Shown: positions 41,046-54,419 of the stretch, piece after piece
Numbering within the stretch: position 1 is the stretch's first letter
Layout of the letters: each line of letters starts with the position of its first letter
Assembly: GCF_009914755.1 (NCBI RefSeq)
Contig: NC_060925.1
DNA from: the human T2T-CHM13v2.0 reference genome, Homo sapiens
Reading direction: 5' to 3' (one strand)
Length of the DNA stretch: 64,000 bases
Program-made: the position numbers and the translations under genes
Notes under the pieces: generated by a model
Databases searched by the model: none
Told to the model about the DNA's origin: nothing
The model's input: the letters and a program-made list of their open reading frames with translations, nothing else

Positions 41046-42859
41046 GCATCTGTACTGTAGATTGTCTTGAAGCCTACTATTTTTTCCTCATTTACTCTTT
41101 AAACCATAAAGCTCAAATTACCTCACAATGAAATGGGTATGTTATAGTACCAACAAATCAAAATAATTTTTATTTGATTTATGTGGTCAGATTTTTTAAT
41201 TTGATTTATGTGGTCAACCTACTCACATACTATTTGTTACTTGCCTATGGCAATTAAATCCCTTCCAATGGTCTACTAAAGAATAAAAGGTCGATGAAAA
41301 ACTCACCTTGTCCAGTGATGTGAGAGAATAAGGGTCAAGGATTAAACAAAAGAAAATAGAAACACACTCATTAGCACATGGTAAATCTGAAAGTGAAGAT
41401 TTTTCTAATGGTTCCTTCAGAGATGTCGTATAAAAAATAAACACCGTATTCTTAGCGTGACACTACTTCTGGCCTCCAGAAGTCTGAGAAGTTATAAAGA
41501 GAGAAAGACGGGAAGAAAAAGAGAGAGAAAGAAAGAGAGAAGAGTGAGAAGGAGAATGAGCATCCAGTTTTTTAACACGGGATCTGGTTTCAAAAAGGCT
41601 CTAGAGATGTTTTCAACATATACATCCTGCCTTCGGCATCCTTCAATTTTCTCCTGCCACTATTTCATTAGATTTCATTTCTTTGTGATTTTCTATCTGA
41701 AATTTCCAATTCAAGCTCCTATTTTGTACTTCATTTGGAACCTATCAAATTCTCATCCTTCTCTCCAGTTGAACACTCTTATTGAAATTTCTTGTAGATT
41801 TCTTCCTTATTGGTCATTCCCATTGCCATCCCCCTTGGATTCTAACACATTTGTATTAGCACCTTAAACACTTCTCCTCTACTTACTTTGTCCTTCATGT
41901 TCATCCAGTTTGTGGTCTCTGAGTTCAGACCTTCTGAAGGTGAGGAAGAACACTGGGGACCTTTCCTTTTGTGGAACATCAGCAATTTTTTAGTTTCCTT
42001 CTACAGGCTCTTTCTACAGACTCTTTCATAGTCACCCTTCCTGATGGATCTCTTTACCTGAATTTTCCCTCCTTCTATATGTTCTGAGACAGTTGGCAGT
42101 TTTATTTCCCTAAAATATGAATCTGATCTTTTCTCTCCCACTTTCCCTGAACATCAAGTTCTATGTATAAATGTATATCTCTATCAATCTCTCTAATTTC
42201 TCCTTTCTGCTCCAGACAGGACACTCTCCCTTATGGACCTCTAACACATTGTTTCACCCCCTCTCATGCTTAGAAATGGCTTCTCTGCTTCTAAAGTCTA
42301 CTTTCTCCCTGCAGTCGCTTTCCTGCAACTCACATTAACCTCAATTTTCAATTCATGTTGCACTCACTGCTAATCCCACACACTACTATCATTCACTATG
42401 ATATACTTTTCTGGGCTCAAATTGTGCAATAGTTAGCACTTTGTTTCATCGGAATACAACAACGGTTGGTTTACTATTCTTTTGTCTTCTAATTGTTTTG
42501 AGCACGCGTCTTATCTCTCCAGCCAGACAGTAAATTCATTGTAAGAAGGAGCACTGTCTCATAATCGCTTATATCCCTACCTCCTAATATAATGTCAACT
42601 AATTGACTGTAACTTTTAACTCTTGCCATCCTCGTTTACACTGGCTGGAAAACAACAAAAATACTTGGTAAAAGTAGTTCAATAAGATAAATGACAGCAG
42701 ATAGTGCTCTATTATATATCTATTTTACAAAGGCTGAATTTGGTCATTAATATAAGGTTAATATTTAATGGAAGCTAGTTCGCTAACATATACTGCTTTT
42801 TGAACTATAATTCTGGATGTTTTGTGATCCTTCCGTAGTTACAATAAATTTTATAAATC

Positions 42860-43655
42860 CACCTGAGACTTCTTTCCTGAACTCCAAATTCGTATATCCA
42901 ATTGCCTACTCAACATCTCCATGTGGAGAACCAATTGACTTTTCCAAAACTTGGTATCCATCCTCTCCCTCAAAAGAAAAAAAAAAAAAAAACCTAGTTC
43001 ATCAACCTCACTATCTCAATTGATGGCGACTTCTATTCACTCAGGCAAAGAGTGATTATGAATCCTCTCTTTCTCTTAAACCCCTATATCCAATCCACCA
43101 ACAGAATCAAAAGTTATCCATGGTACAACCATGGTACAACCAAGGTGGTAACACTCTCATTGTTACCACCTTGACACAAGCCACCATCATCTCTCATCTG
43201 GATTACTGTAATAACATCCTATCTAGTCTTCCTGTTTCACACTTGCAAAACACTCCTCTGCTTAAAACACCTCAATGCCTTCTCATCCCACACAGACTAA
43301 AAGCTAAAGTCCTTACAATGGCCTACTGGACCCTGCATGAATTGGGACCTGTTACATTTCCAACCAAATTTCCTGTTAACCCTCTCTTAGTCCCAGCTCT
43401 CTAACCACACTAGCCTTGTTCATAAAACATGGCAGGTATGGCCCACCACAGGACATTTGCACAGGCCCTTCCTGATATGCTTTTCCCATAAATATCCTCA
43501 TCACGAACTCTCACCTCTTCTTCAAGACCTTGCTCAAATATTGCCTTCTCACTGAGGCTACCTTAGTGACCCAATTCTAAATTGCAACATTCCCTGCCTT
43601 AGCCATCTTTATTCTCCTCCCTGCTCTATTTTCTTTCCATAGCATTTATCACTAT
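42860..43655 (+). mobile_element. L2
   Basis: tatatccaattgcctactcaacatctcca..caagccaccatcatctctcatctggattactg..tagcatttatcac. Confidence 0.75.
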
Positions 43656-43659
43656 GGCT

Positions 43660-43850
43660 GATGAGAAAGTGCCTCTCAGACATTGAACTCCAGGAGCATA
43701 ATTGACCCAAGAGTCCCAAGCTGTTTCACTCTGAAATCCATTCCTATGTTTGCTTCAAGGCTATGCTTCCCAGGGGCTACTCCCAGCCAGTGACTGAGCA
43801 TGGCAAGAATGCTAAAATTCCTGAGAAACACTGGACTACTTTGGTTGCTG
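43660..43850 (+). mobile_element. LTR16-like fragment
   Basis: tctgaaatccatt..ggctatgcttcccaggggctactcccagccagtgactgagcatggc. Confidence 0.55.
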
Positions 43851-45094
43851 ACAACTGATGTGTCTCATCATGTGTTTATTCATTCATTTAGTTGACAATA
43901 CTAATACTTGTTAATTTTTTAAGCATTTGTTATTCATTCTGCACATATTTATTGAGAACCTCTGATGTGTCAGGCACTGTGTTAGGTGTCTGAACAAAAT
44001 TTCTCCTCTCCTGGAACTTACATTCTGGTAGACAATAAAAGATTAAGTAAACAAAATACAGTAGATGTGGAAATGATGATGTTATTCTGGATCCTATAAG
44101 AAACAAATGCCAAGATGGGTTAAATGTACAGAATTTTATTAGGAGAAATGACTGTATGAGAGAACATGGGAGGACAGGCAGAAAAGGCTGGAGCTGGACA
44201 TGTCTAAGAGGCAGGTGAAAGAGAAAGGGAGGCGAAGTTGAGTGGAAACATCCTAATCTGTATTGCAGTCCAAGGGAGATTGTCAAGACCATCAGAGCTC
44301 TGGCTCCAGGATTCCACTCAGGTCCCCCAGATTTTCCCAGCTCCAGCCTTTTCTGCCTACCACTCACATGATGATACCAATCAGTTGTTGCAACTCTGCT
44401 CCCTCCTAAATTCCCATCCTCTTTTTTTAAATCTTGTCCTCCCCTACACTAGCAAAATCTTGGGTTTTCCTCTAGCAGAAATGAGATTTGAGAGGTAAAT
44501 TGTTTTTAGGAAAAGATCCAGACTAATAATTGGATGACTGCCCATTTGTTCTAGGCACCAAATATGCAATTCTGACTGAGATATTTATCATTACTGCTTT
44601 CTTGTCTTTAATTTCAGCCAGGATCTACAAATAAACATAATCAGAAGTCTTGAAGGTTTGATTTTTTTTACACTTAAATATGTTTCCAACAGTAATCAAA
44701 CTTGGCACACATCCAAACAATCCTCCCATTCTCTGGTCTCCCTAAGTATCCCTTCTGAGGGTGTATGAGCAAGGACAAACTACTCTCAAGTATAATTTCA
44801 GACTCTTAAAACATGGGTTTCACCTTATAGTGACTGACAGAATGAGGGCTCTGTGGTTGGGGAACTCCAGTCAACAATGTGGGGAAACCTCAGTAGGGCC
44901 AATAAGTTTCTCCAGAGGACATTCCCACACCGTTCTGCCTTAGGCTGTTACACCCAGCTGTAGTGTTCTAGGAGCTAGACAGAGAAGGAGGCTGGGGGTC
45001 CAACCACTTCTCATAAAGACTGACTTAACCTTCAGCCTGTGCCTCTCCTTGCCCCGTGTCCTTGGGCAGTCCTTGATGAATGCCACTTATAAAG

Positions 45095-45270
45095 TCAGGC
45101 AGCTGGTGTTCCAATCCTGGCTTTGCTACTTACTAGCTATATGGCAAATTACCTCTCTGAGCCTGTTCCCTCATTTTTAAAGTAGGGATTATAGCACTTA
45201 TCTCTCAGCACTTTGCAAGTATGCATTTACCTGTAGAAAGAATGCAACAAATATTAGCTATTATTATTAC
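45095..45270 (+). mobile_element. MIR
   Basis: aatcctggctttgctacttactagct..acctctctgagcctgttccctcat. Confidence 0.7.
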
Positions 45271-45849
45271 TAATATCAAAACTGCAAAGGAAATTAAACC
45301 ATATGTTCAATGTTTGGGTTGTCCTTTTAACCTCTTCAGCTGAATGTTGATATGAAAGCGCTTAATAGCATTCAAACACATAATAATAAGGTAGTTGGTA
45401 ATTAGGATTTACTTCAGCAAAATTTAATTAAAGAACCTGTAGGGAAAAGAAAACAGACAGAGCCAATTGTACAGCTTCCCAGCCTCTGCTTTGACCTAAG
45501 AGTCTCACTGGGCTTGCCTGCCTTTTTCTAAAGGATGGGCGAATATTCACACAGTGCCGGGCTCCAGGCAGTTACCAAATGTCTCATCACATTTTCAAAG
45601 GCTCACTCCTCTCTCTTGCGTAACCGGTGAGGTCAAAATGGGCACCTTCCTGAAAGCCAAGAGTGTCATTTCTGAACAGCGTCCAAGAAAGAAAACTGCA
45701 TTCCATAGAAATCCAAGTCAAGCAATAACAAAAGGTGGCACTTGGTGCTTAAGCCACACTAAATACCTTGGTGGGCCAACTTCTTAATATAGTCACATTA
45801 ACACCTTTGATTTCTCCATGACCTAAAGATTCCAAAGTTTGCAACAAAG

Positions 45850-46538
45850 TGCTGAGCAGGGGGGTCGGGGGTGGGGTGTAGACGGGGGAGAACGAACCAA
45901 TGTAAATTTACCACTACATGAAGTTTAAAGTAGCTATAGATTGTTGTATTATTATCAAATCCAATCAGTGGAAGAAAGGCAAACAAGTGACTTGGCACTT
46001 CTGCCTCAGTCAAGGTAAGGCTCTCTCCCCTAGAGCTAGCAAGCAGGTAAACGAGCTTTGTACAAACACACACAGACCAACACATCCGGGGATGGCTGTG
46101 TGTTGCTAGAGCAGAGGCTGATTAAACACTCAGTGTGTTGGCTCTCTGTGCCACTCCTGGAAAATAATGAATTGGGTAAGGAACAGTTAATAAGAAAATG
46201 TGCCTTGCTAACTGTGCACATTACAACAAAGAGCTGGCAGCTCCTGAAGGAAAAGGGCTTGTGCCGCTGCCGTTCAAACTTGTCAGTCAACTCATGCCAG
46301 CAGCCTCAGCGTCTGCCTCCCCAGCACACCCTCATTACATGTGTCTGTCTGGCCTGATCTGTGCATCTGCTCGGAGACGCTCCTGACAAGTCGGGAATTT
46401 CTCTATTTCTCCACTGGTGCAAAGAGCGGATTTCTCCCTGCTTCTCTTCTGTCACCCCCGCTCCTCTCCCCCAGGAGGCTCCTTGATTTATGGTAGCTTT
46501 GGACTTGCTTCCCCGTCTGACTGTCCTTGACTTCTAGA
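45850..46538 (+). promoter_or_regulatory. PALMD: PALMD proximal promoter / 5' UTR (no CpG island, no clear TATA box; TSS not determinable)
   Basis: Repeat-free, locally GC-richer block directly upstream of the ATG. Contains a G-tract/GC-box (45859-45888), CCAATCAG (45961), FOX-like GTAAAC/TAAACA (46047, 46123), ETS-like ACATCCGG (46082) and SOX-like AACAAAG (46225). Confidence 0.65.
46490..46537 (+). other. uORF MVALDLLPRLTVLDF* ending 1 nt before the PALMD ATG
   Basis: ATG 46490 (tttATGG) to TAG 46535-46537, followed by A-ATG. Confidence 0.6.
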
Positions 46539-46583
46539 ATGGAAGAAGCTGAGCTGGTGAAGGGAAGACTCCAGGCCATCACA
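46539..46583 (+). CDS. PALMD: PALMD (palmdelphin) coding exon 1: MEEAELVKGRLQAIT
   Basis: ATG in strong Kozak context (agaATGG) at 46539; 15 codons, then canonical donor ACA|gtaagt (46584-46589), phase 0. The peptide matches the recalled palmdelphin/paralemmin N-terminus (xxLVKxRLQAI) and joins in frame to exon 2. Confidence 0.93.
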
Positions 46584-49500
46584 GTAAGTCTGCATACAGT
46601 TATAACTCATTAACGTTGTTACTTAGAGGAAGGCAGACCGTGGCCGGCTGCCCCTGTCGCTGAGCCCTCGCAAGTGGAAAAACAGAACTGTCAGCCTTCA
46701 TGGACGAGTCTCTGTTTCTCTCTTAACCCTCATGACCCTCTGTAACTCTGGGGCTTCAGAACCTGAGTGCAGGGCAAACGTTCTTGATTTTCAAAAAGGC
46801 TGTGCCTGCATTTTAAACAACAATCAAAAGCTGTTAAGGCAGTCTGATTAACTATCTTTCACACTCTGTGGTGTACCTTAGAAATGCAGTTTTTCCTTAA
46901 ATGTCCATTTGACTGGCATTAGATAAAAAAACAGATCCCCAACTTGGAAACTTTTTTAAGCTATGAATGCCTCAAAAAGTTAGAATTTTTTTTAAAGAGA
47001 GAAAAAGAAATTTTAAAAATGACCTGAAACTTTATATTTGTAGTGTGGTAGCATGTTCCAGAAAGCCTAAAATAATTAAAATGAATGTTAATATACGTAA
47101 TTTAAGCATTAAACAAGAGAAAACTAGGTAAAAGCACGTATCAGATTAATTCTAAGATATCAGTTTCCAGCAGAGTCACAAACTGAATAAGATCCTGATA
47201 AAGGAATGCAGTGCATGCAGTGGATTTGGAAAATATTTTGTTAATACCGAGAAGGAAAATCGTACATTTTTTATGTTTGTTCCGGGAAAAAGTCAAAGCC
47301 AGAAATAAATTACTTTTCTTAAATGATCCAGCTTTCTTTTTAATTTTATAAAACCCTGTATTTGGCAGTAACTTGGAAATCTGTGTCACAATCATTTATC
47401 ACTAGCTATAACTTTTGATGTAATTGTTTTAAGAAGAAAAAGATCTTTGGAAAGCAATATCCCAATTTCTCAGCATTTTCTGCCACTGACATTAGGTATA
47501 GGAAAAAAATGAGTACTTTTTAAAAACTGATGCTAGATCAGGGATTTTTTGTTGTTGTTCTTAAAATTTTCATTGCATAACTAATTATGCTAATCCTAAT
47601 TTAGATTTTTTACTAATTGATACAATATCTTAGTTTCACCCAGGAAACATTCAGTAAATTGAAATGTCTTCTTAGCCAATAGTAAGACACCAGAAGTCTA
47701 TTGATAAGGTTGGCACTTTTCCATAAAACAATGCTTTGTTAAATGTCTAGCTTCTAATTATTACATTTTCCTCTCTTCAGAAAACCTTGGTCGGGATTAT
47801 TGTTTGTTTTGTTTTGTCCTTTTTTGTCATTAAACTCAGCCACCATCTCAGCTGTCCTGCTTTAAGGGACAGGAACTCGGCTCTGCTCTGTTGTTTTTGG
47901 CATGGGCCTTTTACATTACAGCTGTTGTCTAAAGGTTACTTTATTAGACTGCGTGAGTTGTGTGGTCACAGGCTCCACTATTTCTAATGCTTATATCTCC
48001 TAATTAGCTAATTGAAATAGACAAGTAGACCCTTGTTCTGAATTTGCCTCTTTCAGTTGGGGGACACCCTCGCTCAAGCCCTTTTTCCCTCCAGTGTACC
48101 TTATAACTCTTACCAAAGCCACACATGTTCCAAAGATATGGCTGTATACAGTTATTTCTAAGGCTAGGAATCTTAGTCACTGAAGGTTCCAAACGCAAAT
48201 AGAGACAGAAAATCCTCATAATGTCTTAAAAGCCATCAAGAGAGTAAGTAGCTTCCTGAATATGCAGATGTATGCTTTTTTGATGATTAAAAAAATTTTT
48301 GGATTATTCCATCAGCCTAAATATATCCCATTAGAAAGGATTAAACAAATCTCCCAAGTAAGATCACAAAGTAATTCTAGCTTGGAAGTAATATACTTGT
48401 ATAAAGGTTGTAGGGAAAAAACTGGAAAAAGTTTATGGGAACAAATTTCTCATAAACCAGCCTACACCTCACCAGGCTAAATCCAGTCACATTTGTCACC
48501 ACCTAGAGGAAAAGTGGAGCAGTGGTGTGTCCATGGAAACAACACATCCACTCTCCTCCCTCTTGGACGCCCTGGGACACGCCAGCTTTCCTCGCCCTCG
48601 CCCTTGCCTTGCCCAGGAAGCCACCTCAGCTAGTCTCTTTCCCCCTAGGAAAATAAAATCACAGAGTATGCAGAGAGTTTGCAAGAATTATTTCATTTTT
48701 GGAAATGCTTAAGCCTCAGAATCTCCAACCTAGACTAAAACTCAGAGAGTATCTTCTCATTTTAGCTTTTTCCTAGTACTTACCTACACTGAAATAATTT
48801 TTTGTATACTTCAAGAATGAAATCAGAAGGCAATTCCCCAATGCACCCAGACATAGCAACACATAGACCTCACTTTGGAGGAAAAAAAAAAAACTTTTAC
48901 ACTCTAGGATCTATTTGCTTTTTACATTAAAATTCGTTTCTCCAATTGCTGGCTATAAAATAAAATAATCTTCACAGTTGTATTTATTCTACCTGGTTTC
49001 AAGTGCCTAAAAAGTCATTATTTTTCACTGCAAAGAACTGAAAAAATAAACGTATATACCTAGAATTTGACAGAACAAAGATCCAAGTGCCAGTTTTTTT
49101 CTTTTTCTCAAAAAAAAAAAAAAAAAAGGTTAAACACATTAAGTAGTTGAAATGTGACACTTAGGCTCTCAAATTGAAAACTAAATTACTATCGTGATGC
49201 CATTCATTTCTCATATCAGATCAGTAAATTGAATTTTAGATTAGTCAGATGTCTTCTCAAAGATTTAAAGAGAATAAGAGCAAAATTATGAAAGTATGCA
49301 GAAACAATTGTTCAAGGGTAGATACTTCAGTTTGGGTATACCAAATATAGATTCTATTTTACACAATTACTTTCATGTTCTTCCTTAATACTTTATCCAT
49401 GCACCAACTCTTCCCTTACTAAATTAATGGTCAAAGTACCCCTTTGCCTAGAAGTTCAGTTTTCAACTATAATTTAAACACAGGGCTGCTTAAAATTAAT

Positions 49501-50159
49501 TAACTATTATGTTTGATCTTTAAAATGTCTCTTGAGGCCCTTTTCAAGTCAGTACACACTTGAACAAATAGCTGATCTTTCTACAAAAGGTGAGCTAATT
49601 GGAATTCAATAGTATTTTGAAATAGACTAGTAATTTGAAATTCACCTTTAACAATACTGGAACTGAGGATACCAATGACTCCAGCATTCTCGAGAAGCGT
49701 GAGATGAAGAAGCGTGAGATGAAGGACTGAACGTACCACTGACAGAGTTATCCCTACAGAGTTACTGTCTGAAAGTGAACGTGGCCCACACTGAAGAACA
49801 ACGAAAAGGCCCAGGGGTCTCTCCTCAGAAACACAAAGATTCCCTTAGGATGAGTAACATTCCGTATACTCTTAACATCTCCTCCACAGCTAATACATTT
49901 TCTTACCCCCATGCCTACAGCGACATTGGAAAATACCATTACAAATATGGATATGCTCAAACTGGAAAATTAGATCTTAAACTGTCTTGCGATCATAGAC
50001 TCAGTTCTATTTGAAGGATGAACTCAGAGGAAGTTTAAGAACTAGAATCCAATTTCAGAGAACAGACTCAACTGAGAAAAAGAGAGTAAGAAGAAAGCTG
50101 ACATTTTTATTCTCCTCCAGGCTTACCTTTAACTGTAAGGAATGTGTGTTATCAACACA

Positions 50160-50360
50160 GTCTCTCATGCCTTTATTCAATTAATGGTTATTAGGCACCT
50201 ACTATGCACCAAGCCTTGTGCATTTCAATGAAAAGAAGTGAAATAAGGGGAGTCTGGAATGTGAGGAGTGGGGATGGGAGTGCATTGTAAGTTAAAATAG
50301 AGTGGTCAGGATGGGGTTCACAAAGAGGGTGACGTTTGAGCCTAGATGTGAAGGAGGTGA
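50160..50360 (-). mobile_element. L2 fragment
   Basis: ttattaggcacctactatgcaccaagc..ggtgacgtttgagcctagatgtgaaggagg. Confidence 0.6.
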
Positions 50361-50821
50361 GTTCTGTCAAAAGTTAGACAATAAAAATAATCACAAGTAC
50401 AAGCACCTGCCTAGGACTGCCTCCATTTGGAAAGGAGCCATATAAAGTCCTGACACTGGAATTTGAGCAACAGAGCCAGATTTTGCCGGCCAAAGCTGCT
50501 CATAATGAAAAAAAAAAAAAAGCTCTCACATTTCCCCTGATCAACTCCCTACTGCTTTCCACTCCCAAATACCCAAATAAATTTTTCTTGACTTGTAAAT
50601 ATAGGAATTTAAGAGACATGGAGTTCTTTACATAAAACAGAAATCTCCACAGTACAAAGACCAACATTAAAACAAGAACATGAGCACGGATGGGTTCTAG
50701 TTATTTCTTTAGCACATGTTCCCTGTTACAAGTGTCTCTGGGCACTCTACCTCATCTTGTTCCCTTTTTGTCAATATCTGGGCTCTTCTAACAGTCAGTA
50801 AGACAGTTAGTGACCCAAAAG

Positions 50822-50999
50822 CAAGACCTGCTGTGTGATTTGTGGGGCCCAAAACACAAGGGAATTGTGGTGGCCCTTGTTCAAAAAATATTCAAAATGT
50901 CAAGGTGGTGACAACAGAGCTTTGATCTAAGTGCTAGGCCCTTCTGAGCATGATGACCTGGGTGACTTCACAGGTCACAAACCCAAGAAGTCAGCCCTG
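50822..50999 (-). mobile_element. MER91A-like DNA transposon relic
   Basis: atttgtggggccc..ggcccttgttcaaaaaatatt..acaacagagc..ggcccttctgagca..cacaggtcac..gaagtcagccctg. Confidence 0.7.
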
Positions 51000-52486
51000 C
51001 TTCTGTATTCCAGACTGGCCATACATATTTTTCCTTATTTGTTCTATCTGAACAAATAAGAGAGTAAAAACAAGTGTAAACTAGTCTGTGTCTTTAACAA
51101 AGGCATACCCTAACACGTGTTTGGATCATTGTATTATTTAGAGCTCTAAGGAATTCTTAAAGTACTAGTGGCCAAAGAATGCATAATGCCCCATTGTTAA
51201 CCAACATACCTCATGATTAAGACATAGTTAGAGGAACAACTTCTAATTTGTCAGGAGCTTCCAAAGAAATTCACATGAAGATGGTACGTGAAGATGTAGC
51301 AGTCTTCTAAATAAAAAAGTCCCATTCTGGAATATTCAACAATGAAACCTCAGCACAATTTTCCACAGTGCTGTACCAAGATTACATGTTTCTTCCAGAG
51401 AGGGAAAGGTTTCTTCAAACAAATGTGGTACGCCACACTTCTTTGCCAAACATAACAGCCCACCCATAAAGGACACCATGTGATGAGGTATAATAATTTT
51501 GATAGCTCATTAAGGAAACTGCTTTTTGATAACTGGGGAAGGTTTTTCCACTGTGCAACAAAATGATAATGCTACTTTGCTAACTCCTCTACTGACAAAG
51601 ATCCCCATGAACTTTCTGAACATTACTGGATGGTTGAAAGGAAAAGCTGCTTCTTTAGAAAACTGTGATTAAAACAAATTAGAGAATAAGCATCTAAGAC
51701 TAACCAGAGTATAAACAAATGCAACACAGTTCAATTCTAAAACTGCAATAGGACTTCCACTTTTTAATCTGCAGTCTCTAACTACCTACCCTCTCTTAAA
51801 AAGAAATAAGAATATTTTAATTTATTTAAATGATAGTAATGTCATTTTGGGAAGAGACTCCATGAAAATTTACCACCTTAAGAAGTTCCCTTACCCAGAA
51901 CCCTGTGGCATGCACATTTTCCTAAAACATCATCAAAGCAGTTTGAATGAGATCTATACTTAAAGTTTTTACATAAAATCCCAGGGACTGAGAGGATTCA
52001 GTCAAGCCACTTAAGAGGTAGAGCTAGGTTATCCTCAGGAGTTCTGAATGGAACTCAAAACTAGCTTCTGTCCTAAGCATCAAGTTTTCAATCTATTAAA
52101 TGTATCAGTGATTGACACAGGATGATGTAACATAGCAAAGTGGGCTACAACAGCTATTCCTAATCAATTATGCTAACAACTCTGGAATAAAATGGACATC
52201 TCCTAAGAAAAAGAATTGTGAGATTTCTAACAATAATAACAGTGCCTATTCTTACATAGCATTTAGGCTATGAAAAATAAAACTTTCACATCCATTTTAT
52301 CTCATTTGTCCAAGTAGTCCTATGAGTATTTTCAAAAGCATATGTTATCATTCCCATTTTATGGCAGAAAGCCTAGGCCAAGAAAAGCTAAGGAATTAGT
52401 CAAATGTCGGAACTTGAATCTATTCCTCTGCTCATCAGATTTTCTGACCACAGCATCATGACAAATTTTTATAAACATCAACATCA

Positions 52487-52951
<465 letters not shown>

Positions 52952-54419
52952 CTTCCTCAGATTTCTATTGTTCACTCTTATTAATACAGTTTGACGTGGA
53001 GCCAAGAGAAGAAACTATGGAGGGTCTGCTTTGCTTAACCACATTTTCTAACCCAAAACAGTTCTCCACCTCTGCAGTCTCTTCCCACCTTCCCCAGTTT
53101 GCAAGGAATAGAAGTGGGCAAGAAGAGACTGTGGTGTCATTTCAGAAGTATTTGTTATTGTTTTTAAGAGGTTTGGAACAGAATCAAAGTCATTTTTCAG
53201 AGCACCTAATAGTTCAGGCCCCTTTTTCCTCTGCCTTCCTCCCCATCCCACTTCCTTTACGTAGCCTCTTCCCTGCAGCCAGGAATTCTCAAGACAAAGA
53301 CATCCTTGCATCTTTCACAGTTCCCTCAACAACGAGCTCAACACTAGCTGGAGCACCAAAACAAAACAAAACAACAAAACAAAAAAACTGTCCTGGGTGA
53401 GTGAATGAATGAATGAACAAATACAATCAAGCTGAGAAAGGGTGAAAGCTACTGATTGTCTGGCCTGCTGACAGATTTTTTTTCACTGAAGACCCGGCCA
53501 AATTTACCATCACCCCTTGATTATTCAGGGGTCTGTTTTGTGTTTGTTGTTTAGCCTGGTTTGGTTTTGTTTTGTCACTATTTGTTAGAACAAACAAGAT
53601 AGGGTAGACAAAGGAAAAAAAGAGTAAAACACACGCTGGATTCTGTTTAGAGGTCTGTTAGAATGTGTTGTAAGGTTGGGAAAGAAGACTACAATTATTT
53701 GATAAATGAGGTTTAGAAAATTTGTGCTTTTTAATTCACCCCATAAATAGTAGTGATAACCATGCCAAATTTCCATGACTAACTTAAGAATTAGGATATT
53801 TCAAAGCTAGATGCAGACATAATTATTGGAACAGAAGAAAATGTAGAAACTTCTTTATCCACGTCCTCACTCTCTTTACACCATGCCCAAGTTCACCCAG
53901 CTTCTCCTTGAGCACTTCAATATCACATGGATCGACACCCCCCAAAAAACCCTTTTCCATTTGAGAACAGCTCTCTGTGTTAAGAGTTCTGACATAATGT
54001 ACCAGAATCTGGTTGCCTTTAACTTCCACCCAATCTTCATGACTCCTGCCACTGAAGCTATACAGTTTTGTTTTCTGGATTTCAGTCATTCTTCACAGAC
54101 TCATTCCAGACAATCTCCAAAATGTCAGTGTAACTGTTAGAAGTTGGTGCTAAGGGTTGATCAGAACTCTGATGAGTATAGAGACCTTTGGTGCTATAAT
54201 GTCCCTTATTTGAGGAATTGTATTTCTACTGATATATTTGGAAAGCAATAAGGAAGAAAGAAAATAATAAAAATAAAAGATAAAAAAGCATCACCCCTGG
54301 AATCATAGAAAATCAGGTTCAACACAAGTTCCACCACTCGATCAATCACGTGACTTGAGAAAGTTAATGAACTCTCTAGTTTTCATCTTCAGTGTCTCTA
54401 AAGTTAAGAATTGACTTGA

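Noticed and set aside
41166-41216. Direct repeat ATTTGATTTATGTGGTCA x2 (also CCATGGTACAA x2 at 43118) as a CRISPR-like array
   Set aside because: Only two copies in eukaryotic DNA; simple slippage duplications.
41457-41867. 136-aa ORF, and the 145-aa ORF at 43930-44367
   Set aside because: Composed of GA low-complexity, L2 and LTR16-like sequence; no splice or codon support.
46058-46386. Longer ORFs over the PALMD promoter as alternative N-termini
   Set aside because: All terminate before the PALMD ATG. At most they are uORFs, and their upstream parts may not be transcribed.
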